From NCBI RefSeq assembly GCF_009914755.1, contig NC_060935.1: a DNA stretch of 64,000 nucleotides; one strand, given 5' to 3'. Both the position numbers and the translations under genes were made by a program. This DNA is from the human T2T-CHM13v2.0 reference genome, Homo sapiens. How positions within the stretch are numbered: position 1 is the first letter of the stretch; each line of letters starts with the position of its first letter. The notes beneath the pieces are model-generated. The model was not told where the DNA came from and ran no database searches. It saw nothing but the letters and a program-made list of their open reading frames with translations. Below, one piece after another: positions 50,055-64,000 of the stretch.

Positions 50055-50941
50055 AGTGTTATTTGCAAGCCTCGTGGTAACTTCAAATCAAAAAACACAA
50101 GACAAATACACAAAAAATTAAAAAGCAAGAAATTAAAACATATGACCAGAGAAAATCTTCTTCACTAAAAGGAAGACAGGAAGGAAGGAAAGAAGAAAGA
50201 AAAGACTACAACACAATCAGAAAACAAATAACAACATGGGAAGAGTAATTCCTTACTTATCAATAATAAACTTGAATGTAAATGGACTGAACTATTTAAT
50301 CAAATGACAGAGTGGCTGAATGGATTTAGAAAACAAGACCCAATGATATGCTGCCTATAAGAAACACACTTCGGCTATAAAGACATAGATAGACTGATAA
50401 TAAAGGGATGGAAGAAGATATTCCATGCAAATGGAAACCAAAAAAGGGGAGGAGTAGCTAAGCTTATATCAGACAAATTAGATTTCAAGACAAAACCTAA
50501 TAAGAGACAAAGACAAATAATTGTAAAGGGGTAAACTCAGCAAGGGGATGTAACAATTTAAATATACATGTACCCAACACTATTGCACCCAGATATATAG
50601 AGTAAATGTTATTAGAGCTAAAGAGAGAGAGACCCCAATAAATTACTAGACGTAGTCTTCAGTACCCCACTTGCAACATTGCACAGATCATCCAGACAGA
50701 AAATCAACAAAGAAACATTAGACTTAATATGCACTACAGACCAAATGGATCTAATAAATACTTGCAGAACATTTCATCCAACGACTGTAGAATACACTTT
50801 TTTTTTCTGTAGTACATGGATCATTCTTAAGGATAGACCATATTTTAGGCCACAAAATGAGTGTTAAAATATTCAAAAATTGAAATCATACCAAATATCT
50901 TCTCTGACTATAATGGAATACAAATTGGAAATCAATAACAA

Positions 50942-51233
50942 CACCGGGCATGGTGGCTCACACCTGTAACCCCAACACTGTGGAAGGAAGAGGTGCATGG
51001 ATCACCTGAGGTCAGGAGTTCAAGACCAGCCTGGCCAACATGGCAAAACCCTGTCTCTACTAAAAATACAAAAATTAGCTGGGAGTGGTGGCAGGTGCCA
51101 GTAGTCTCACCTACTTAGGAGACTGAGGCAGGAGAATCACTTGAACCGGAGAAGCAGAGGTGGCAGTGAGCTGGGATCATGCCACTGTACTGCAACCTGG
51201 AAAACAGAGGGAGACTTTATAAAAAAAAAAAAA
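50942..51233 (+). mobile_element. AluS (Sx-like) inserted in the L1MA
   Basis: atcacctgaggtcaggagttcaagacc; TSD aaatcaataacaa (50929-50941 / 51231-51243). Confidence 0.92.
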
Positions 51234-52133
51234 TCAATAACAAGAATTTTGGAAATGTTCAAACACAGGAAAATTAAACATTATGCTCCTGAATGATCAG
51301 TTGGTCAATGAAGAAATTAAGAAGGAAATATAAACAAATTCTCAAAGCAATAATAGTGGAAATATAACATACCAAAACCTATGGGATACAGTGAAAGCAG
51401 TACTAAGAGGAAAGTTTATATCTATAAGCGACTACATCAAAAAAGTAGAAAACCTTTAAATAAACAACCTCATAACACATCTTAAAGAATGTGAAAAGCA
51501 AGCACAAAACAAACCCCAAATTAGTGTAAGAAAATAAATAATAAAGATTGGGGCAGAAATAAATATAATTGAAAGGAAGAAAACAATACAAAAGGTTAAT
51601 GAAACAAACACATTGTTTTTTGAAAACATAAATAAAATTTAAAAATTTTTAGCTAGAATAACTAAGGAATAAAGAGACATCACTCAAATAAATAAATCAG
51701 AGATGAATAAGGAGACACCACAACAAATACCACAGAAATTCAAACGATCATTAGAAGCTACTATGAGTAACTATGTTTCAATAAGTTGGAAAATCTTGAA
51801 GAAATGGATGAACTCCTAGACAAAAACAACTCTATCAAGACTGAACCATGAAGAAACCCAAAACCTGAACAGACCAATGACAAGGAAAGAGCTTGAATTC
51901 ATAATAAAGATCTCTTAGCAAAAAAAAAAAAAAAAAAAAAAAGGGGAGGTGGAGCCAAGATGGCCAAATAGGAACAGCTCCAGTCTATAGCTCCCAGTGT
52001 GAGCAATGCAGAAGACGGGTGATTTCTGCATTTCCAACTGAGGTACCAGGTTCATCTCACTGGGGAGTGTTGGACAGTGGGTGCAGGACAGTAGGTGCAG
52101 TGCACTGAGCATGAGCCGAAGCAGGGCGAGGCA

Positions 52134-52397
52134 TCACCTCACCTGGGAAGTGCAAGGGGTCAGGGAATTCCCTTTCCTACTCAAAGAAAGGGGTGACAGA
52201 TGGCACCTGGAAAATTGGGTGACTCCCAACCTAATACTGCGCTTTTCCAACGGTCTTAGCAAATGGCACACCAGGAGATTATATCCCGTGCATGGCTCCG
52301 AGGGTCCTACGCCCACGGAGCCTCGCTCATTGCTAGCACAGCAGTCTGAGATCAAACTGCAAGGCGGCAGTGAGGCTGGGGGATGGGCGCCCGCCAT
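52134..52397 (-). CDS. LINE-1 antisense ORF0, open, 87 aa
   Basis: MAGAHPPASLPPCSLISDCCASNERGSVGVGPSEP... matches primate L1 ORF0. ATG in strong Kozak context (gcaATGg). Expression not shown. Confidence 0.7.
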   Translation of the reverse strand: MAGAHPPASLPPCSLISDCCASNERGSVGVGPSEPCTGYNLLVCHLLRPLEKRSIRLGVTQFSRCHLSPLSLSRKGNSLTPCTSQVR

Positions 52398-52973
52398 TGC
52401 TGAGGCTTGAGTAGGTAAACAAAGCAGCCAGGAAGCTCAAACTGGGTGGAGCCCACCACAGCTCAAGGAGGCCTGCCTGCCTCTGTAGATGCCACCTCTG
52501 GGGGCAGGGCATAGCCAAACAAAAGGCAGCAGAAACCTCTGCAGACTTAAATGTCCCTGTCTGACAACTTTGAAGAGAGTAGTGGTTCTCCCAGCATGCA
52601 GCTTGAGATCTGAGAACGGACAGACTGCCTCCTCAAGTGGGTCCTTGACCCCCCGAGTAGCCTAACTGAGAGGCACCCCCCAGTAGGGGTAGACTGACAC
52701 CTCACACGGCTGGGTACTCCTCTGAGACAAAACTTCCAGAGGAACAATCAGGCAGGAACATTTGCTGTTCACCAATATCTGCTGTTCTGCAGCCTCTGCT
52801 GCTGATACCCAGGCAAACAGTGTCTGGAGTGGACCTCCAGCAAACTCCAACAGACCTGCAACTGAGGGTCCTGACTGTTAGAAGGAAAACTAACAAACAG
52901 ATAGGACATCCACACCAAAACCCCATCAGTACATCACCATCATCAAAGACGAAAGGTGGATAAAACCACAAAG

Positions 52974-53985
52974 ATGGGAAAATAAAGAGCAGAAAAACTG
53001 GAAATTCTAAAAATTAGGGTGCCTCTCCTCCTCCAAAGGAATGCAGCTCCTCACCAGCAATGGAACAAAGCTGGACAGAGAATGACTTTGATGAGTTGAG
53101 AGAAGAAGGCTTCAGACGATCAAACTACTCCAAGCTAAAGGAGGAAGTTAGAACCCATGGCAAAGAAGTTATAAACCTTGAAGAAAATTAGACGAATGGC
53201 TAACTAGAATAAGCAATGCAGAGAAGTCCTTAAAGGACCTGATGGAGCTGAAAACCACAGCATGAGGACTATGTGATGAATGCACAAGTCTCAGTAGCTG
53301 ATTCGATCAACTGGAAGAAAAGGTATCATTGATGGAAGATCAAATGAATGAAATGAAGTGAGAAGGGAAGTTTAGAGAAAAAAGAATAAAAAGAAATGAA
53401 CAAAGCCTCCACGAAATATGGGACTATGAAACGACCAAATGTACATCTGATGGTGTACCTGAAAGTGACGGGGAGAATGGAACCAAGTTGGAAAACACTC
53501 TGCAGGATATTATCCAGGAGAAATTCCCCAATCTAGCAAGGCAGGCCAACATTCAAATTCAGGAAATACAGAGAATGCCACAAAGATACTCCTCGAGAAG
53601 AGCAACTCCAAGACACATAATTGTCAGATTCACCAAAGTTGAAATGGAGGAAAAAATGTTAAGGGCAGCCAGAGAGAAAGGTCGGGTTACCCACAAAAGG
53701 AAGCCCAGCAGACTAACAGCTGATCTCTCGGCAGAAACTCTACAAGCCAGAAGAGAGTGGGGACCAATATTCAACTTTCTTAAAGAAAAGAATTTTCAAC
53801 CCAGAATTTCATATCCAGCCAAACTAAGCTTCATAAGTGAAGGTGAAATAAAATACTTTACAGACAAGCAAATGCTGAGAGATTCTGTCACCACCAGCCC
53901 TGCCCTAAAAGAGCTCCTGAAGGAAGCACTAAACATGGAAAGGAACAACCGGTACCAGCCACTGCAAAAACATGCCGAATTATAA
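52974..53985 (+). pseudogene. L1 ORF1p, disrupted
   Basis: ATG GGA AAA TAA gives a stop at codon 4, with further stops and frameshifts. The C-terminal part is open (53488-53985). Confidence 0.9.
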
Positions 53986-54048
53986 AGATCATCGAGCCTA
54001 GGAAGAAACTGCATCAACTAATGAACGAAATAACCAGCTAGCATCATA

Positions 54049-57872
<3,824 letters not shown>

Positions 57873-59476
57873 ACAATGATAACACATGGACACAGGAAGG
57901 GGAACATCACACACTGGGGCCTGTTGTGGGGTGGGGGGAGGGGGGAGGGATAGCATTAGGAGATATACCTAATGCTAAATCACGAGTTAATGGGTGCAGC
58001 ACACCGACATGGCACATGTATACGTATGTAACAAACCTGCACGTTGTGCACATGTACCCTAAAACTTAAAGTATAATTTAAAAAAAAAAGGCTATGTCCC
58101 AATGACTTCACTGCTGAATTTTACCGACTATTTAAAGAAGGACTAATACCAGTCCTAGTCAAACTATTCTGAAAAATAGAGGGGGAGGGAATGTTTCCAA
58201 ACTCACTCTATGAGCACAGTATTACCCTGATAACAAAACCAGACAAAGACACATCAAAAAGAAGAAAACCGCAGGCCAATATCTCTGATGAACAGAGATG
58301 CAAAATTTTTCAATGAAATATTTGCAAATTGAATTCAACAACACAATAAAAAGTTCATTCATGATGACCAGGTGGAATATATCCCAAAATTTCAAGGATG
58401 GTTCAATGTATGCAAATCCATCAGTGTGACATGTCATATCAGCAGGATAAAGGACAAAAAACATGTGACCATTTTAATTGATGCTGAAAAAGCATCTGAT
58501 AAAATTCAACATCTGTTCATGATAAAAACTCTCAAAAAATAAAAAAATAAAAAACTGAGTATAAAGGAACATAGCCCAACGCAATAAAAGTCATATATGT
58601 CAGACCAACCCACAGTACCATACTGAATGAAGAAAAACTTTGAAAGCCTTTCCTTTAAGATCTGGAACACAACAAGGATTTCCACTTTTACCAATGTTAT
58701 TCAACATAGTACTGGAAGTCCCATCTAGAGCAATCAGACAAGAGAAAGAAATGAAAGGCATCCAAGTTGGAAAGGAAAAAGTCAAATTATCTTCATTTGT
58801 AAATGATATGATCTTATACTGGGAAAACCTAAAAACCAAATAACTACTTGAACTGATAAACAAGTTCAGTAAAGTTGTAAAATACAACATCAACATACAA
58901 AAATCAGTAGTATTTTATATGCCAACAGCACACAAAAAGAAATCAAGAAATACATTATAATTGATTGAAAGAAATCAAGTACTTGATTGTATTGTAAATC
59001 TCATTTACAATAGCTACAAATAAATGAAACAACTAGGAATTAACATAACCAAAGATGTGAAAGGTCTCTACAATAATAACTACAAAATATTGATGAAAGA
59101 AATTGAAGAGGATACAAAAAAGGAAAGATACTACCTGTTTATGAATTGGAAGAATAAATATTGTTAAAATGTCCATACTACCTAAGGCAATTTACAGATT
59201 TAGTGCAATCCCTATCAAAATGTTAATGATATTTTTCACAGAAATAGAGAAAAAAATCCTAAAATTTATATAGTACCACATAAGACCAAGAAGAGCCAAA
59301 AATATCCTGAGCAAAAGAACAAAATTGGAGGAATTACATTACCTGAATTTAAATTATACTATGACATTATAATAACCAAAACAGCATGGTACTGGCACAA
59401 AACTGGACACATAGACCAATGAAACAGAATAGAGAACACAGAAACAAATCCATACATCTACAATAAACTAATTTTT

Positions 59477-59790
<314 letters not shown>

Positions 59791-61434
59791 TGACTTTTGA
59801 TGGTTTAATATAATGTGTCTCAGTGTAGGTCTCTTTGAAATTATTATCCTTGACATTCATAGAGATTTTTGGATTTCCACATATACAATTTTCCACAAAT
59901 TTGGGAAATTTTCAGCCATCATTTCTTCAAATAAGTTTTCTGCCTCCCTCTCTTTTTTTCTTTCTTTTCTTCTTCTGAAAGCTCCCATAATGTGTATGTC
60001 AGCCTTCTTCATGGTGTCCAAAAGTCTCTTATGCTCTGTTCACTCTTTCTTGTGCATTTTTTCTTTTTTTTTTTCTTCTCAGACTCAAATGGTCTATCTT
60101 CAAGTTTGGTAATTCTTTTCTTCTGTTTGTTGAGCCTGCTGTTTAACTCTTCATGTAAATTTTAAATTCAGTTGTTGCATTTTTCAGCTCCAGAGTTTCG
60201 TTTGATTTCTTTTATAATTTCTATTTCTTCATTGATATTCTTATTTTGTTTATATATTATTTTCCTAAATTTTTTTGTCTGTATTTTTCTTTAGTTCTTA
60301 GAGCATATTTAGGGCAGTTGTTTTAAAGTCCTTATCAAGTTAGATGCATATTTCTTCAAGGATGGTTTCCAGATCTTTATTTGGTCCTTTAAATGTGCCA
60401 TATTTTCCTGTTTCTTCGTATGCCTTGTGATTATTTGTTAGAAATTTGGCATTTGGGAAAAAAAAAAAACAGCCACCTATAAAAGTCTTCATATACCAGC
60501 TCCATGCAGTGGAAGACCTTTAGTAATTACCATGGCGTATTTTAAACATTGAGGTCACCCCAACGTTAAAGCTTAAATTCTTCTTAGGCCTTTTTCTGGG
60601 CATATATTTTCCCTGAATGTTTGTGGTGGGGGCTCTGGGCTTAAAATGTTTTTCTCTGTTTACTTGTCTGTATATAGGTGTCTTTTTCTCCAACATAGTC
60701 TCATCACAGGTTTTTCTCAAGGTTTTGTATGTTCTATTGAATTTGTCTCCCTATAATTCCTTGCCGAATGCATCCACAGGTTTGTACTCCCCTTGAGGCT
60801 TTTACTGGTGTGCCACTGCCTTCGGTAGCTTTTTCCAACCTGAAATCTGCGCTATGATATTTTCCCTGTCTGTGCTCTTTTTCAAGCAATGCAGACATCA
60901 AGTCCTTAGGCAGTCCACAGACAGGTTAAAACATTGTAAATAAAGTCCACTCTATTTCCTCCACCTGAGGGAGGGATCAAGAGCTGGACCACTTCCAACT
61001 TCAAGGTGCCAGAGAGGGTGTGGGAAAAGGAGAAGTAAAAATGCTATGAAATTTCCTGCCATTTTAAATGTGTAAGTTTTTCAAACTGGATATTTACTTG
61101 GTTTCTGTAGATATTTGGTGGTTTTCCAGAGCTCCTATAAAATAATTTTAGGCAGTTTCTTAGTGTGTTTTTAATGTTTCCATGGGAATGAGGGCCTGGA
61201 GCTTCCTAGTCTGCCATCTTGCTGATGTCATCCTCTCTCTCTAATTAATTTGTTCTGTCATTCTTATGGAAGACTATTTCACACTTCTTCTTTCCAAATT
61301 TTGAACACCATGTTTGATGCCTCACTCAGAGTAACAAACAGTTCATAGACCAGCATGAGTTTAAGGATCCCATTTTGAGTAGTACTGATCTAAATGCCTG
61401 AGTATGACATATATGTGGTCTGGGGTATGCTGTG

Positions 61435-61794
61435 TGCTATGGCCTGATGTTGATGTCTTCCCAAAATTCATGTGTTGAAATTATAACCCCAGAAGTGATG
61501 GATCGGGACGTATGACCTTTGGGAGAGGATTAGATAATGACAGTGAGGCCTTCATAAATGGAATTAGTGCCCTTATGAAAGACACTCCAGAGAGATCCTC
61601 TTCCCTTCCACCACATGAGGACACAGCAAGAGGACTCCCATCTGTGAATCTTGAAGAAAGCCCTCACCAGACACCAATTCTGCTAGTGCATTGACTATGG
61701 GCTTCCTAGCCTTCAGAACTGTGAAAAATTTCTGTTGTCTATAAGCTACCCAGTGTTTGGTATTTTGTGATAGCCCCCTGAATGCTCTAAGACA
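61435..61794 (+). mobile_element. MLT1A0-like MaLR solo LTR
   Basis: tgctatgg...cccaaaattcatgtgttgaaa...ctaagaca, 360 bp, with perfect 5-bp TSD CTGTG (61430-61434 / 61795-61799). Confidence 0.9.
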
Positions 61795-62269
61795 CTGTGG
61801 CATTGTAAATGACAACTTACTGCATTTTGTACCTCCTTCTACTAAACAAGAAGAATAACACTGAGTTATCCTCCTGGATTTTGGAGTTAAAATATACTTC
61901 ATTTGGGAATATTGCTTCAGAATATTGACTCATCCATAGGCTGCCAGAGAGGTTTTATTTTGTTTTGTTTTTTTGTTTGTTTTGTTTTGTTTTTTCCTAG
62001 TAGGTTCAGAGTGCAGTGCATGTTGTTCTGCCCCTTGGGTCATACAATCCAAGTGCTAGAAAACCTGTGGTGGTTAAGAATGTATGAAATTTTTGGCAGA
62101 CTCCAATAGAAGTGACAGAGCACACACCCTCTGGAGAAAAAACACGACTTTTTAAATAGATAACTACTTTCCACTTGAAAGACAGCTTATGGTGAGACAC
62201 TAGGGCAAAGTGAAGATTGAACACCTGATAACAGAAAAAAACAAATGACCATGGCTTGCAATGGCAGAG

Positions 62270-62531
62270 GAATGAGAGTGCAAGGCTAAACACACAGACA
62301 CATTTCATACACTTCTCAAGTAATATTTGCTAACATCCCATCAGGCAAACAAAGTTAAACACCTAACCTGAATCAAGAAGCAGGAAAGTACATTCTGCTC
62401 TCCCTGAGGCCAAGGAAGACACATAATCAAATTAAACATCAACAGACTTGGAATGTATGCCACTCCCACAGAGATAATTGCGCTCACAGTGCAAGAGTGA
62501 ATATTTTTGAAGAATAATATAATCTAACACA
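62270..62531 (-). mobile_element. MaLR LTR fragment (MLT1H-like)
   Basis: tttgctaacatcccat...gagtgaatatttttgaagaataatataatctaacaca. Confidence 0.5.
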
Positions 62532-62569
62532 AGTACCAAATTATAAAGTTAGGTAGTCTCAGCAGAAAT

Positions 62570-64000
62570 TCATCAGGGAAGAGAGCTAGTACATTTGGGA
62601 CCAAGCTCAAACAGATCCAGAAAGCACAAGTGTGTTACATAAGCAGATGTTGTTTGCATTTATATCCTATCTCTGTTCCCTCAAACCACACTTGTAACCT
62701 CTTTGTGGTGTGAGAAGACTGCTATGACCAACTCACAGAAGATAATTATGACTTGATTCCAAGCTGTGCCAATGTGAAATGTTGGCATTAACAGGAAATG
62801 GACCCCTGTCCTGAGGTCTCAAAGGCGTGATGATCAGTAGCAAAGGGAAATTCTCTTGGGGTAGAATTAGTCATCCATCTTGCCTAGAGGAAGGGGTGGC
62901 CAGAAGAAAAGATATAGACTGACCCCTGGACAAATGGCTTGGCTGATTAGTCAGAGACTTGAAAGATACAATATTAGAAGAGAATAAACAAGGAGATCTT
63001 CAAAATAAATAAGTGAATGGACCTCTGGGAGTGGATGTGAAGTGTACCGATCTTTTTGTTTCCTATCAATGCCCAGTAGCAAGTATCCATTGTAGAGTAG
63101 CTGCTGATCAACCAGAAGGGGAGGAGAGTTTCTGCAGTGGAGGTCAGCCAGCCTGTCTTCATCCATTGTGATGCATACCCAGTGGACCACAGTGGCAGCA
63201 AAGGAGCCTGGGAATGGATCTAACAATATAAGTTTGCCTTTATTAAGGCCTATCTATCTAACACCTCTGACAACAGAAGAAAAGGATATGTGACACCACT
63301 TCTTTGGGGGGACCTACCATGCAGCAGGGAATGAATCCATTGTACTGTCTCCATCTTAAAGGAGCATAAATTCGCCTTTATTAGAACAGATATAAATATC
63401 AATATATGTCTCTATCATCACCACTGGCCAAGGCTTACAGAATACCTTGTCCAGAGACACGGTATTATACAACAGTGCTACATATCAAAGGACACAGAAA
63501 AGCACATCTGAGAATAGATTCATTATCATGAGTTTCCCTAGTCTTATCTATCTATCACCCAGAAGCTGCCAGTCTGATATAACACTGCAATAGTTAGCCT
63601 ATTGAAGACTCAACTAAGGTACCAGCAGTGTGGTTGCTGTTCTCCAGGATTTGATATGTGTTAAATCAATCACCAATATATGGTTCTGTATCTCCAATTG
63701 CCATAATTCATGGACACAGGAAGTAAGAGTTGGAAACAGGAATGCCTCCTCTCACTATCATACCTGTTGCTTAGTTGTAGAATTTCTGCTTTCTGTCTCT
63801 TCAAGTTTGAGCCATGCTGAGGTAGAGGTCCTGCTCACAGCATGTGGAGAATTGAAGAGTTTTGCCAGGGGATACATTAAATGTTCCACTAACAGGGTGC
63901 AACTCTCACCTTGTTAATTTGGGCTTCTCATTTGAGTGGATAAACAGGAAAAACAGAAGGTTATGTAACAGGTAGGGTTAACTGATCTTGTTTACATGAG
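62570..64000 (+). mobile_element. Ancient ERVL-class internal region (RNase H, integrase, dUTPase start), highly degenerate, runs off the window
   Basis: Collinear with HERV-L 47460-49000 in this window, e.g. gatccagaaagcacaagtgtgttaca vs ggtcctgaaggcacaagtaagttaca, and tatcacccagaagctgcc vs tatcatcctgaagcagct. Confidence 0.7.

Overview
This is primate, most likely human, nuclear DNA. The only host gene segment I can support is the terminal exon of NTM (neurotrimin, an IgLON-family GPI-anchored neuronal adhesion protein) on the + strand. Its coding part (3565-3665) encodes the GPI signal, and its ~1.7-kb 3'UTR has two candidate poly(A) signals. The rest is intergenic DNA downstream of NTM; in human this is 11q25, towards the convergent paralogue OPCML, which is not in the window. 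From ~6 to 36 kb the sequence is unique DNA mixed with old repeats (L2, MIR, MaLR/ERVL LTRs, MER104, MER44, Alus). From ~35.8 to 61.3 kb is one 25-kb nested transposon cluster: an L2 is split by a once full-length minus-strand L1MB-like element. That element holds an L1PA7-like insertion and an L1MA-like element, which in turn holds a complete HERV-L provirus (two MLT2A1-type LTRs, 5-bp TSD), two AluS and a full-length L1PA4-like element. All retroelement replication ORFs are disrupted, but the L1PA antisense ORF0 is open. I found no convincing new multi-gene system. The most unusual items are a 113-bp inverted templated insertion in an LTR33-like LTR copied from 2 kb away, two TSD-less insertion-associated deletions, the intact ORF0, asymmetric decay of the two HERV-L LTRs, and RNA-structure elements in the distal NTM 3'UTR. 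Repeat subfamily names come from recalled consensus features, not from a database search.
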